Positions 38,648 to 54,043 of a stretch of 64,000 bases of DNA are shown here, one piece after another. The notes under the pieces were generated by a model. It saw only the letters and a list, made by a program, of their open reading frames with translations. It was not told the origin of the DNA and did no database searches. The position numbers and the translations under genes were made by a program. Source of the DNA: the human T2T-CHM13v2.0 reference genome, Homo sapiens; assembly GCF_009914755.1 (NCBI RefSeq), contig NC_060947.1; one strand, 5' to 3'. How positions within the stretch are numbered: the stretch's first letter is position 1; each line of letters begins with the position of its first letter.

Positions 38648-40680
38648 GGAGATTTGGGCAAGATGGTCAAATAGACACATCCAGGTAGAAAAGCTAACAC
38701 CAAGGGACCAGGACCACTGGCACACTCCTAGCAGACCTTCATAGGGACGGCACTGAGAATAGACAGAGGGAAGACACAGAAGCTGGGCTGAAGGGGGAGG
38801 AAGATGGGAACCCTGCAGAGGGCAGTCATGCATGGGAACTCATTCCTGGTCCCCAAAATCTCCAGGTGAATGGGTGAGTGGAATGGGCGAGGAGCAACTT
38901 GGCTTAGCCACAGGCCTCTATAATCAATGGGAGGAGGAGAACCCTCCTCCCACCAACCAGCACGGACACTTGAGTTGGCAGAGAAAGCCAGAGAAATGGT
39001 GAGCCCAGAGAGTTCTGTGTGGTAGCATCTGTAGCAGAGCACAGTCAGGGATGCCCATCCCCCTAGGTTAAACGTGTTCCCCACAGGAGACTTTAGTCCT
39101 AAGGGAACAGTAGGACCTGAACTCTGCAGGGTGGTCTTGCCCATCAGATAGGACCTGTTTGACCTGAGCACCCCTTGGTTTGTTGGCCTCCCCCTGGACC
39201 CCAGCCTGTCCATGCCTGCTTGCAGTGTAATCTCAGGTGCCCTGGGGGCACACATCATAGCTTCTGTACTAGCCAATCGCACCAAATTGGTAAGGAGCTC
39301 CAGTGGGGAAGCCCCCGTGGTCATGCACCAGCCTGCCCACTTTATCTCATCACTACAGCTTCCCCCATGCCCATGGCCAACTCTACATTATTTTGCCAGT
39401 TCATGTGTGCACAAGTGGATTTTGCCTTCCCTTCCCTGCCAGCACACATGTACACATGCACCCTGTGATGCATAGCTGCCAATGGGAGTGCATTCCACCC
39501 TTCCTCTCCTGCCATATGACATTGCAGGCAGAGCCTTGGAGACACAGAGCACTCCAACCCTACACCTGTGCCAACACTGCTACCAGAGTGAAACTAAGCA
39601 AAGAGAACAATGGACCCTCCCCCACCCTGAGCAGCCACTGCTGCCTGCAGGAACGTGTGGGTGCACAGAGACCTGCGACCACCAGTAACCCACCGCCATG
39701 CTGGCACCACCACCAATGTGACCATGTGCATAGTAGACAGCAGGAGCCTCCTGCTCACTTCCCCACCAATTATGCTGCCTCTGCCACTGCTGTGAATGCC
39801 CGCACAGAGGCAGGCACCCTGGCACCTGCTAGCACAATGCTGAGGATGATAAGCATGCACCCTGCTGTGCTGCTGCTGCTGCTGCTGGCATGGGGAACAA
39901 AGACTAATTCTGCTGCCATCATCATAAAAAATACTTTGGCTAGCACCACCCATTGGATTGCTGTGTGCAGTGGTCTGGGACCACCTCAGTACCCCACCAC
40001 CACCGACACACACCCCAGCACAATGGGTTCCTAACCTCAGTGAGCAAGGGAACAAAGTCAGGATCTGACACAAGTCCCCCACAGTTATAGCATGTGGTCC
40101 AGAAGTTAGAAGCTGAGCCTTGGCCCCATAAAATCTTCCAGAAATAAAGCCAGTCAATTGAACGCACCTTATACCACAATCAACCCTCAAGGTCATCAAA
40201 TAGGATAAAAGGAAAAAAAATCCAAAGGACAGCAAATTTAAAGATCGAAGGAACACTAGCCCACAAAGATGAGAAAGAGCAAGTGCAAGAACTCTGACGA
40301 CTGAAAAAGCCGTAGTGCCTTCTTTCTTCCAAACGACTTCACTAGCTCTCCAGCAAGGGTTTCAAATCAGGCTGAGATGGCTGAAATGACAGAAATAGAA
40401 TTCAGAATATGGGTAAGAATGAAGATCATTGAGATGCAGAAGTATGTTGAAACCCAATTCAGGAAAGCTAAGAATCACAACAAAATGATACAGGAGCTGA
40501 CAGACGAAATAGCCAGTATAGAAAATAAACAACTGGCCTGATAGTGCTAAAAAACAAACTGCAAAAATTTCATAATGCAATCACAAGTATTAATAGCAGA
40601 ATAGACCAAACTGAGGAAAGAATCTCAGAGCTTGAAGACTAAATATGTGAAATATAGTCAGACAAGAAAAGAGAAAAAAA
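38648..40680 (+). mobile_element. L1 (L1PA13-16/L1PB-like) 5'UTR and ORF1 start
   Basis: GGCAAGATGG start, GC-richer 5'UTR, ORF1 remnant GAAATGACAGAAATAGAATTCAGAATATGG. Confidence 0.75.
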
Positions 40681-43454
40681 TTGAGAAAAGTATTTCCACA
40701 ATAGCAGATTGGAGGCAGTGTTAGCATTCCTGTCCCAATTGGAAACACAGAGTAATGTGTAGAGATTCACATGGTGAGCTTTTTTCCAAGAAACAATGCA
40801 GGAACTTAACAGAAAAACCAAAAGAAGCCACTAACCCTTTGAAAGAACTGGCACGCTGCAGCCTACTCTTTTAGACAGGTGAAAAACTGTAAGCCCCCAA
40901 AGTGTGAGAGGAGTAGAGACTGCCTCCAGGATGTACATCTCCATTCGGGAATCTGAAAATCCAGGCCACAGGAGAAAGCCATAATTCTGTGCAGAGCTGC
41001 AACTGATTTACAGAGTGGCAAGAAATATAAAAGTAAAAAGCAGCATGGGAAGTACCTGGCAGGCATTCCCAGTCTCCAGTGTGAACCAAGGGAAGCCATT
41101 CCTGATTATACCTCACAGAGGACCCAGGGGAATTCAGCCAACAAGCTCAGGTAGGGGTCACAGGGTGAAAGAAACTCAAAACTAAATTTCATAAATAATC
41201 TCGAGTGGAAATAAATTGTCTTGACCAGAACCCTGGGAGCAAGCAGGAAGTGTGCCACAGATGTAAGTGCAAGAGCTGGGTGCCCAGCCTTTCAGGAAGA
41301 TGGGGAGAGGCATGGCCTAAAAGCCACGGTTGCTATTTCTGGGGAAAAAGTTTATGGCCTGGGGCAGGTCTCAGTTCTGTCTGTGGGCTGCCTTGATCTT
41401 AACCCGGTGCTGTTAGTGGAGCACTGGAGGAGTGAGATCTGCCTTGCCCACTGTGTGGGAACTGAGTTAGGTTTACTGACACCTGCTACTTCCTACTCCT
41501 TTTTTGAACTCTTCTGTGCAGCAGAGATAGTTATACTTGTCTCTACAACATTACCATAGCAGGCCAAGGACCAGCTCCCAACTCTCACAGCTTGCCCTCT
41601 TTGCGGAGAGTCAGGGCACAAACTCACCTAACCCTCCCCAAACCTGGTTGTGCCCCTTCACCCTCCTTGTTAGCTTAACACAAAGATCATGCATTTTTGT
41701 GAGTTTTATAGCCATCTGCATCACCAGAGAATCCAGAATACTTTTCCTGGGAAACTTAGGGCAAGCTCATATCCCACTGCTACTACTGCAGCTGGTGCTC
41801 TTCTGCAAGCATCACCTTCTAGCTGGAAGCCAACCAATACAGTCCATGACAGCTTCTCTAGATAAAATAACACTACATGCAGAAAGAAGCAAATGACTGC
41901 ACGAGCTCAGCTATCACTAACCAGCATTTAAGAAATTCAGTACTCTAAGCCTATCTAAAACCAAGGGATCTTACAGAGTCTATGTCACTCCCTTGGCACT
42001 CCCATAAGAGCTGGTGCTGGTATGGGAAAGTTGAGGATAAGTCACATCACCAGATAGATCCCTGGCAGACATTCCTCACCAGCAGCCCAGAGTGTGGCAG
42101 CCTCTTGGGTGGCTAGACCCAGAAGAGCAATAGGTAGTCTGGCTCTTAGGAACTCTTATTCCTAGGAAAGAGCAAGTGTACTACATCAAAGAAACACCCC
42201 ATGGAACAAAAGAATCATGACAACAAGGCTTAAATCCTAGATATTTCTGCTAGAAGAAAGTGTTATTTATTTATTTATTAGCAGAGACACAATTGCAGTG
42301 CTGCATGCATCAAGTACATTGTTCACCTCTACCTAAACAGTCAAGCAGTCTCTGTGATCATGAAGGGTCTTGGAGAAGAGGTCCTTCTTTCCCCTTTATC
42401 CACCACTGCACACGCAGCTGCGACTTCTCCCACAGGAAGTCAGTGTGAATGCACCTAAAGATAGCCTTCCTGGAACAATTCAGGGTGATTGCATCCACAC
42501 AAGAGGATCACTCCTCAGGTACACACTTGCATGAGAGGTAGAGTTACAATTTCTCTCTACTTAGAATATCAACAACCCTTCAGAAAAGGAGAGGTGCCTG
42601 TCTGATCTGAATAGCCAGAACACTGTCACAAGAGTGAGGCTGGGAGGTGGATAGCTTTTCTACTGGCTTGGCAGAGGAGCTGAAGTAGCTCTCAACCTCC
42701 ACCTTGATAAAACCTCAGTGCATCTAGTTGAGAGCTCTCCCAGGCACCTTCATCCCTGCCTGCTTTAGCTACAACAGGTTCCTATCCAGGGATGCTTCGC
42801 CTACTGACCTGAAGCCTGAACCACCAACTCAATCAATAAAATACTGGGGAAAAAACAAATAAATAAGAGCACACCATAGGGGTATAAAATAAGTTTCAAC
42901 AGATCCTTATCATTCTGAAACCATGGGAGAAAGTGAACTTTGCCTATACACCAAGTACATAACTATTACAACCAGAATCTGAGAAAGCAGCACAAAATGA
43001 CTGTCTATAACTAAGTAACTCATACATAATCACCACCCCTAAAAGCACCAAGAACCAAATTAGGCAATAATAAACTATACATATTAAAGTCACAACCTTA
43101 AGAGAAAAAAAAGAAATTTAAAAAAACCACAAATCAAAAATAAATTCAAGGACAATTTGAAGAAATAGTCTACCCAAATGAGAAAAACACAGAAAAGTAA
43201 TTCTGGTAATATCACAAAACAGGGTTCTATCACACCCCCAAAAGATCATGCTAGCTCCCTAGCAATGGATCCAATTCAAGATGAAATTTTTAAAAAAATA
43301 CCAGATAAAGAATTGAGAAGGTTGATTACTAAGCTTCTTAAGAAGATACCATAGGAAGGTAAAAACTGACTTATTAAATTTAAAAAAATAATTTGGGACA
43401 TTAATAAAAATGTTCAGAGGATATATATCATAGAGAAAAACCATCAGAGAGAAG

Positions 43455-43598
43455 AGGTAATGAATTCTGGGCTTAATACATAGGTGATGTAATGATCTGT
43501 GCAGCAAACCACCATGGCACACATTTACCTGTGTAACAAACCTGCGCATCCTGCACATGTACCCCTGAACTTAAAATAACAGTTGAAGGAAAAAAAAA
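43455..43598 (+). mobile_element. ~140-bp L1PA 3'-terminal stub inserted in ORF1 of the host L1
   Basis: GCAGCAAACCACCATGGCACACATTTACCTGTGTAACAAACCTG..A-tail. Flanks AAAAACCATCAGA / AAAAACACCAGTCAGA. Confidence 0.85.
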
Positions 43599-46500
43599 CA
43601 CCAGTCAGAACTTCTGAAAATGAAAGGCACACTTAGGGAAATACAAAATGCAGTAGAAAGTTTTAAAAATAGACTAGTACATGTAGAAGAAAGAATTTCA
43701 AAATTCAAAGACAAGGCATTTAAATTAACCCAATCAAGCAAAGATCAAGAAAAAAGAATTTTAAAAATGCACAAAGTGTCCAAGAAATATGGGATTATGT
43801 AAAACAGCCAAACCTAGGAATAATTGGTATTCCTGAGGGAGAAGAGAAGGCTAAAATTTGGAAAATCTATCTAAGGGAATAATTGTGGAAAACTTCTCCG
43901 GCCTTGCTAGAGATTTAGATAGATATCCAAATACAAGAAACTCAAAGAACTCCTGGGGAATTTGTTGCAAAATTATTACCCAGGCATTTACTCATCACAA
44001 TATCCAAACTCAACACACACACAAAATAATTCTAAAAACTGTGAGACAAAATCATTAGGTAACGTATAACGAAAAACCTATCAGACTCACAGCAGACTTC
44101 TCAGCAGAAACCTTAAAGTCAGAAGGGCTTAGGGTCCTATCCTTAGCCTCCTTAAACAGAATGATTGTCAGCCCAAAATTTTGTATACAGTCAAACTAAG
44201 CTTCATAAATGAAGGTGATATAAAGTATTTTTCAGACAAAAAATGCTGAGGGAATTTGTTACTACCAAACCAGCACTACAAGAAATCCTAAAAAGGAGTT
44301 CTAAATCTTGAAACAAATGCTCAATATGCATCAAAATAGAACCACTTGAAAGCATAAATCTCACAGAGCTTATAAAACAATAGCACAGTTTAAAAAACAA
44401 ATAATCTAGGTAACAACTGGCATAATGAATACAATAGTACCTCACATCTTAGTGCTATTAACTTTGAACATAAATGGCCTAAATCCTCCACTTAAAATAT
44501 ACAGAATGGCAGGATGGTTAAAAAAAAAAAAAGAAGAAGAAGAAGAAACAACCAAGTATCTGTTCTCTTCAAGAGGCTGACCTAACACATAAAAATTCAT
44601 ATAAACTCAGGGTCAAGAGATGGAAGAAGTTATTCCACACAAGTGGAAACCAGAAGTGAGCAGAGTAGCTATTCTTATATCAGACAAAACAGACTTTAAA
44701 GCAGAAACAGAAAAAAAAGAAAGGACAAAGAAGAACATTATATAATGATAAAAGGATCAGCGCAACAAGAATATATTACACTCCTAAATTTATATGCACC
44801 TATCACTGAAGCTTCCAGATTTATAAAACAATTGCTACTGGACCTAAGAAGTGAGATAAATAGCAACACATTAATAGTGGGGAACTTCAATACTCCACTG
44901 ACAGCACCAGACAGATCATAAAGACAGAAAGTTAACTAAGAAGAAAATGGATTTGAAGTATACCTAGAAAAAAATGAACTTAACAAATACTTACAGAGCA
45001 TTATTCCCACAAATTGAACAATACACAGTCTTCTCATCAGCTTATGGAGCATCTTCCAAGATAGACCATATGTTCGGTCACAAAAATATCCCAATAAATT
45101 CAGAATATTGACCTCATATCAACTATCTTCTCAGAACACAGTGGAATAAAATGAGAAATCAACTCCAAAAGGAACCCTCAAAATTGTACAAATACATGGA
45201 AACTAAGTAATCTGCCCTTGAATAATTTTTGGGTTAACAATAAAATTGAGATGGAAATTTAAAAGTTCTTTGAAATGAATGATAATAGTGACACAAATTA
45301 TCTAAATGCCTGGGATACAGTAAAAGCCATGTGAACAGGAAAGTTTATAGCATTAAATGACTACATTAAAAAGTCTGAAAGAGCACCAATTGACCACCTA
45401 ATGTCACATTTCAAGGAACTAGAGGAACAGAAACAAACTAAATTCAAAGCCAGCAGAAGAAAAGAAATAACAAAGATCAGAGAAAAACTAAATAAAATTG
45501 AAACAAAAAAATACAGAAGATAAATGTAGCAAAAGTTGGTTATTGAAAAAATAAATGAAATGGATGGAGCATTAGTGAGATTAACCGATAAATGAAGAGA
45601 GAAGATTCAAATAAGCTTGATTAGAAATTAAACAAGAAACATTACAAATGATAATACAAAAAAAATTTAAGTCTACTATGAACATTTTTACACACACAAA
45701 CTGGAAAACCTAGAGAAAACAGATAAAGTTCTAGAAACACAGAACACAACTGGAATAAATCAGGAAGAAAATAGAAACCCTAAACAGACCAATAACAAGC
45801 TGTGACATAGAATCAGTAATAAAAAAAAAAATTACCTACAACAAAAAGTCCAGGACCAGATGGATTCACAGCTGAATCTACCAGACATTCCAAGAATTAG
45901 TAGCAATCTTACTGAAACTATTCCAAAATATAATTAAAGAGGGAATCCTCCCTAAACATTCCATGAAACCAGTATCACCCTAATATCCAAACCAGAAAAG
46001 GACAACAACAACAACAAAAACTATAAACCAATATTTCTGATAAACATAGATGCAAAAGTTCTCAGAAAAATATGCTACCTAACAGAATTTGACAGAACAT
46101 TCAACAGATAATATACCATGATCATGTTGGTTTCATCCCAAGTATGCAAGAATGGTAAAACATATGCAAGTCAATAAATGTGATACCTCACAAAAACAGA
46201 ATTAAAAACAAAAACCATATGATCACCTCAATAGACAAAGAAAAAAAGGATTTGATCAAATCCAGCATCCCTTTCTAATAAAAATTCTCAAAAACTAGGT
46301 ATAGAAGGGACTTACCTTAAAGTAATAGAAACTATATATTTCAAACCCACAGTCAACATCATACTGAATGGAAAAATTTGAAAGCATATTCTCCCTGAGA
46401 ACTGGAACAAGACAAGGATTTCCACTTTCACCAATTCTACTGTTCACCACTGATGTGATTGTATACCTAGAAAACCCTAAAGACTCACCCATAGAGCTCC

Positions 46501-46881
46501 TAGATCCATAAAGGAATCCAGTAAAGTCTCAAGGGAACACTTTTATACTGCTGGTGGGAATGTAAATTAATACAAACACTATGGAAAATAGCATGGAGAT
46601 TCCTTAAAAAGCTAAAAGAAGAACTACCATTTGATCCAGCAATCTCACTCCTGGGTAATTACTCAAAGGAAAAGAAGTTACTGTGTGAAAAAGAAATATG
46701 CACATGCATGTTTATAGCAAAACAATTCACAACTGCAAAGATGTGGAACCAACTTAAGTTCACATCAACCAATGAGTGGATAAAGAAAATATGATTGTAT
46801 ATACACCATAAAATACTACTCAGTTATAAAAATAAACAAAATAATGTCTTTGCAGCTACTTAGATAGAGCTGGAAGTTGTT

Positions 46882-47197
<316 letters not shown>

Positions 47198-47524
47198 TGG
47201 AACTTGTTATTCTAAGTAAAGTGAGTCAGCAATGAAAAATCAAATGCCGTATGTTGCCACTTATAAGTGGGAGCTAATCTATGAGGACACAAAGACATAC
47301 AGAGAGATATAATGGGCTTTGGGAACTCTGGCAGGGATGCTGGAAGGAGGGTGAGGAATAAAAGGCTACATATTGGGTACAGTGTACATTGCTTGCCTGA
47401 TTGGTGCACTATAATTTTAGAATTCATCCCTAAAGAACTCATTCATGTAACCAAAAACCACCTGTACCCCCAAAAACTATTGAAATAAAAGAAATAAAAA
47501 GAAAACAAGTTTTAAAAAGAGAAA

Positions 47525-48298
47525 AAAATAAAGAGGAATGAACAAAATGTTGGAGAAATATAAGATTATGTATAGATCAAATCTACCTCTATTTGGTGTC
47601 CTGAAAGAGATGAGGAGAATGGGACAAACTTGGAAAGCTTATTTCAAGATAACATTCCTGAGAACTTCCCCAATCTTGCTAGAGAGGCCAACATTAAAAT
47701 TCAGTAAATGCTGAAAACTCCAGTAAGATATTTCTTAAGAAAATTATTCCCAAGATATATACTCATCAAATTATCTAAGGTCAAATGAAGGAAAAAATTT
47801 TATAGGCAGCTAGAGAGAAATGTCAGGTCACCTACAAAGAGAATGGCATAAGACAAAAAGTAGAACTCCCAGCAGAAACTCTAAAAGCCAGAAGAGATTA
47901 GGGGCCAATATTTAACATTCTGAAAGAAATTCCAACAAGGAATTTCATATCCAGCCAAACTAAGCTTCATAATTGAAGGAGAAATAAGATATTTTCCAGA
48001 CAAGCAAATGCTGATGAAATCCATCACCACCAGACCTGCCTTATAAGAGCTCCTGAAGGAAGCACTAAATATTGAAAGGGAAGAACTTTATGAACCATTT
48101 CAAAAACACATTTAAGTACACAAAGCAGTGACACTATAAAGCAACCACAAAAATGTCTGCATAATAACCAGCTAACATCATGAAGATAGGATCAAATCTA
48201 CACATATCATATAAACCTTGAATGTAAATGGACTAAATTCCCCAATTAAAAGGCACAGAATTACAAGCTGGTTAAAGAACCAAGACCTACTGGTATGT
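47525..48298 (+). mobile_element. Continuation of the L1 begun at 38648 (ORF1 end and ORF2 start)
   Basis: Resumes ORF1 at GAATGAACAAAA..GATTATG and reaches the ORF2 start AACCTTGAATGTAAATGGACTAAAT. Confidence 0.8.
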
Positions 48299-48621
48299 TG
48301 TATTATTCCGTTTTCACACTGATATAAAGAAATACCCAAGACCAGTTAGTTTGTAAAGAAAAAAGCTTTAACTGACTCACAGTTTCACATAGCTGGGGAG
48401 GCCTCAGTAAACCTACAATCATGGCAGAAGGCAAAGCAGGAACCTTCTTCACAAAGTGACAGGAGAGAGAAAAGAAGAGCAAAGAGTGAAGGGGGAAGAG
48501 CCCCTCAGGAAACCATCAGATCTCATGAGAATTCACTCACTATCATGAGAACACCATGAGGGAAACTGCCCCAATGATCCAATCACCTCCAACCAGGTCT
48601 CTCCCTTGATGCATGTGGATT
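48299..48621 (-). mobile_element. MST (MSTA-like) MaLR LTR, truncated
   Basis: TGTATTA..GGGGAGGCCTCAG..ACAATCATGGCAGAAGG..ATCCAATCACCTCC. The terminal ~45 bp are missing. Confidence 0.85.
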
Positions 48622-49062
48622 ATCTCTCCAAGATAGAACATGTCTTAGGCCACAGAACAAGTCTTAATTATTATTTTTTTAGTTTTAAGTTATATGTAGT
48701 AATATTTTTGCTCACAAGAAAACTAGAAATCTATAACAGAAGGAATACTAGAAAATTCACAAGTATGTGGAAATTAAACAACACACTAAAAGTTTAAATG
48801 GATACAATTAGAAATTACAAAGAAAATTTAAAAATAACTGAGATAAAATGAAAACACAAACACTAAAATTTATGAGATGTAGTGAAAGTAGTGGTAAATG
48901 CAAAATTTATTGCAGTAATGACTACATTCTAATGCAAGAAAGATCTCAATTCTTTAACAACTTTACGCCTTGAAGGAACTAGGAAAAGAAGAGCAAATAG
49001 TTCAAATGTATTAAAAGAGGAAAACAATAACAATAGATCCGAGATAAATAAACAATAGAGGA
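48622..49062 (+). mobile_element. Old L1M ORF2 fragment
   Basis: KIEHVLGHRTSLN..KFTSMWKLNNTL. Confidence 0.75.
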
Positions 49063-52004
49063 ACATTGGAGACCTATTGGAAGATAGTCAGCTAGATGCA
49101 GCCGGGAAGTGCCACTCCCACAGAGATTGGGATTTCATTTAATGTACATAATTTGAACAGATCTCCAGAAGGAATATGATCAATGTGGATGGATAAAATA
49201 TGCAGATGCTGAGGCTAAATATGAAGAAAACTTGGAAGCCTGCCTGAATGCCAGGGCTCATCCCTGGCCCCGAATGGCACCTAGGAAAGGGGTAAGTGAA
49301 GAGACTGAGGGAATTCCCACTTTTGCTGTGGACCTCTGGGATCCTAGCTTCAGAGGATTCCTGCAGCATCCACAGACATTTTAGCTGGCAGGGGGATCTC
49401 CTCAGAGATTAGGCAGAGATGAAGCTGCAGCAGGCACAGAGCCAGGAACATTTGGGCATGGGACAGCTCTAGTAGAGCCCAGCAATAAGGGCTGACCCCC
49501 CAGGGATGCTCATCTCCCTCTGAGAGGCTCTGGTCCAAGCTAACTTCCAGGGAGAAATAAGGGACTGCTTCCTCTTGGGACTGAGACATATCTGAGCTGC
49601 AGGCCTACCAGAACCTTCCAGAGCTTCTGCCTGGTCACTCCACAAGAATGTGTACACAGTGCAACCTCTGCTGCCCATTCTGTGTGCTTTGCTCCACCTG
49701 GTTTTGTTCCAGCAGTCTGGGAGTCCTTCAGATACCCCAACACACCTAGAACCTATCCCTGAGTGTTGGTAGGAAGGAACCATGAGCAGGTCCTTGTTAC
49801 CCAGGGCTGTAGCTTGTGGCTCAGGAGTGCCAAGCCAGGAATCTGTGTGCAGCATTTGAGTAGAGTAGGAGCCCACACTCTCAGAAAAATAAGAGTGGCG
49901 AGTTTCACAGTTTCAAGTGCTGATCTGGGACTTAGGCATGCCTCCCTCCACAGTGCTGGTCTAGTAGGAGTGTGGGCTATCTCTCTACTGAACCTCTCTA
50001 CAAGGGAGCCCCATGGCCCTGAAGACCTAACAACAGCAACAACAACAAAATTGTGGGTACAGTGCCAATGATCAGAGGTGGGTTCCCCAAGGCCTAAGAG
50101 CAGAACTGGTGAGGAGGTCACTTCTATTCATCTCACACCACAGAAAACAACTGAAAATTCAAGTATACACAAATGAGCCATGTGGCTGAGTAAGAGCCTG
50201 TCTACTGCCAACTGTTCACAAGTGCCATTTACTGGATCGCTGCCCAAACTACAACACTAAAAATGTTTACTAATTCTCCCCACTCTGTGAAACCAAAAGC
50301 AAAAATTTGACTACAAAGACCCTATAGAGAACTTTAATGCTCTGAAAACTACCAAAAATGAAGCCAACTGACTATACTCCCATTTACACCAAAATTAAAG
50401 GAATGACAACATTCCCAGATGAGAAAAAGTCAGCACAAGACCTTGAGTAATTTAAAAAGCCAGTATGTCCTCTTAAAACGAGCCCACTAATTCTGCAGCA
50501 ATGCTTCTTAACCCGCCTGAAATGTCTGAAATAACTGACATGAAATTAAAAATGTGGATGGCAACGAAGCTCATCAAGATAGAGGAGAAAGTTGAAATTC
50601 AATTCAAGGACACCAAGCAATAGAGTAAAATTATTCAAGAGCTGAAAGACAAGATAGCCATTCTAGGAAAGAACAAAACTGAACTTCAGGAGCTGAAAAT
50701 TTTACAACAAGAATTTCACAGTAAAACTGGATTTATTAACAGCAGAATAAACCAAGTTGAGGAATTAATCTCAGAGCTCAAAGACAAGTTATTTGAATGG
50801 ACAAAACATTTTTAAAAATTAAGAAAAATGAGAAAAACTTCCAAAAAATAAAATATGGAATTATGTAAAGAATCCAAATCTACAACTTGTCAACATTCCT
50901 GAGAGAGGAGGAGAAAGTACAAGGAACTTGGGAAATATATTTGAGAATTAGGTCCATGAAACTTTATTATCTCATTAGAGAAACTGAAAAATCCATGAAT
51001 TACAAAGAACTCCGGACTGATTTTATACAATATGACCATTCCCAAGGTACATGGTCATTATATTTACTGAAATCAATGCAAAAGAAAAATTTTAAGGAAA
51101 GCTAGAGAGCAGGGCCAGGTCACTTACAGAGGGAACCCAACCAGGCTAGCAGTAAACTTCTCAGCAGAAATATTACGCTTGTAGAAAAAAATGGGGCCTA
51201 TTTTCAGTATCATTAAAAGGAAGAAATTCAAGAAAGAATTTTATATCTCTCCAAACTAAGCTTCATACGTGAATGAGAAATAAAATTCTCCTTGGACAGC
51301 AAATGCTGAGGGAATGTATTTCAACTAGATTATTCTTACAAGAGATCCTTAAGGGAGTGCTAAACATAGAATAACAAGAATGACACCTGCTACCACAAAA
51401 GCACACTTACGCATATAGCTCAAAGTACTGTGAAGCAACTATGCAATCAAATCTACATAACAGACAGCTAACAACAAAATGAAAGGATTAAAATTATGGT
51501 TATTAATACTAACCTTTAATGTAAATGTACTAAACAACCCATTTGAAAGAGATAGAGTGGCATGCTGGATAAAAATAGAAGACCCAACCATCTGTTGTAT
51601 TCAAGAGACATATTTTACATGTAAAAACACCCATGAGCTCAAGGTAAAAGGGTGGAGTAAAATCTACCATGCCAATGGAAAACAGAAAGAGCAGGAGTCA
51701 CTATTTTTATGTCAGATAAAACAGATTTTAAACTAATGTAAATGAAGAAGGACAATGAGGGCCATTACATAACAAAAAAGGGTACGATCAAACAAGAGGA
51801 CTTAACTACCCTAAATGTATACATAGCTAACATTGGAGCACCGAGATTCATAAAACAAGTTCTTCTTGGCCTATAAAATACTTAGACAATCATACAATAG
51901 TAATAGTAGACTCCAGCACCCCACTGATGGCATTAGACATATTATTATGGCAGAAAATTAACAAAGGAAGTCTGGACTTAAACTTGACACTTACCTAATA
52001 AACA

Positions 52005-52714
52005 TGTTACCAGTTGAAGGTATCTGATTTACAGGTAGCAAATTAGTATAGGTCTGCAGCAACCTCAATTCTTGCCTCCTCAGAAGAAATAATTCGCCTG
52101 AAGAGCATAAGGCAGAAAAAGAGACCAAGGCAAGTTTCAGAGCAGGAGTAGAAGTTTATTAAAAAGCTTTAGCACAGGAAAGAAAGGAAAGTGCACTTGG
52201 AAGAGATCCAAGTGGGCAACTTGAAGAAACAGTGCAGTGTTTAACCTTGATCATAGAACTTTATATGCTGGCCCCTTTCCTACAATTCTTCCCTTAGGGT
52301 GGGTTGCCCACATGCACAGTGCCTATCTTACACTTGGGAAGTGAGCATGTGCAGTGTGTTTAGGAAGTTGTACACATGCCCATCTGAGGCTTTTCTTTGC
52401 TTTTCCGGTGGAGTGTCCCTGGGAGGTCATACTCCATCATTGTGCTTCTTAATGCACATGCCCAGGCTCACTCATCCAATACATGAGATTTTATTGGAAT
52501 CCTCCCTTCTTCCTGGCACCTGCATTCAATTAACCCTGTAATGTTAACAGCTGTGGACCATTAGGAGATTGTCTTTCCCTGAGGCCAGCTGTCGATTATC
52601 ATTTATAGAGGGTCAATGGGATAATTTTCAAACCATCACCTGATCATTTGACATTCCTGGTGTGTGAAGGGTAGGGGGGCCCTTCTCCTGCCACTCTAAT
52701 GGCTATCTGTAACA
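52005..52714 (-). mobile_element. ERV1 solo LTR, MER50-like
   Basis: TGTTAC...GTAACA termini, 710 bp, 4-bp TSD AACA (52001-04 and 52715-18), and the motif GGTCTGCAGCAACCTCAATTCTTGCCTCCTCAGAAG. Confidence 0.8.
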
Positions 52715-53334
52715 AACATATACAGTACACTCCACGAAACAACCTTAGAATATAAATTTTTCTCATATGCTCATGGAACATATTCTAAAATCAACTATAT
52801 GCTTGTTCATAAAACAAGTCTCAGTGAATTCAAGCACAATCTCAAACAACAGTGTGATAAAAATGGAAATCAATATCAAAGAGATCTCTCAAAACTACAA
52901 AAATCCATGGAAATGAAACAACTTATTCTTGAATAAAACCTAGGTGAACATTGAAATTAGGGCAGAAATCAAAATATTCTTTAAAATTATTGAAAGTAGA
53001 GAAACAGCTAACCAAAATCTATGGGATGCACCGAAAGCAGTGTTAAGAGGAAAGTTTATAGCCCTAAATGCCTTTATCAAGAAGACAAAAATATCTCAAA
53101 TTAACTCTCTAACTTTGAACTTAATGAAACTAAAAAAAATAAATAAACCAACACTTAAGCCAACAGAACAAAATAAAAACTAAAAATAGAGAAGAAATTA
53201 ATGAAATGAAGATGCAAAAATCCATATAAAAGTTCAGTACAACCAATAGTGGCTGATTTGAAAAAATGAATAAGATTGTCAGACTGATAGCTAAACAAAG
53301 AAAGAAAAGATCCAAATAAACACAATCAAAAAAA

Positions 53335-53455
53335 TTGATGAGTTAATGGGTGCAGCACACCAACATGGTACATTTATATGTATGTAACAAACCTGCACGT
53401 TGTGCACATGTACCCTAGAACTTAAAGTATAATAAAAAAATATATATATATAAAA
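53335..53455 (+). mobile_element. ~120-bp L1PA 3'-terminal stub
   Basis: GATGAGTTAATGGGTGCAGCACACCAACATGG..CCTAGAACTTAAAGTATAATAAAA. Confidence 0.88.
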
Positions 53456-53713
53456 AGACAAATGTGATATTATAACTGATCTCACAGAAATACAAAAAAT
53501 CCTCAGGGACTACTATGAACTACTCTATGCACACAAATTAGAACATCTGGAGGAAATAAATAAATTCTTGGAAGCATACAATCTCACCAGGTTGAATCAG
53601 GAACACATTTAAACCCTCATTAGATAATTATCAAAATTTGAAGTTGAATCAGTAATGAAGAAACTACCAACCAAAAAAAGTCCTAGACCAGATAGATTCA
53701 CAGCCAGATTTTA

Positions 53714-54043
<330 letters not shown>

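Noticed and set aside
38728-40256. Cluster of 198-243-aa overlapping ORFs, including a short polyQ/polyL stretch
   Set aside because: These lie in a GC-richer L1 5'UTR where stop codons are rare. The (CTG)n run is short and there is no protein-like signal.
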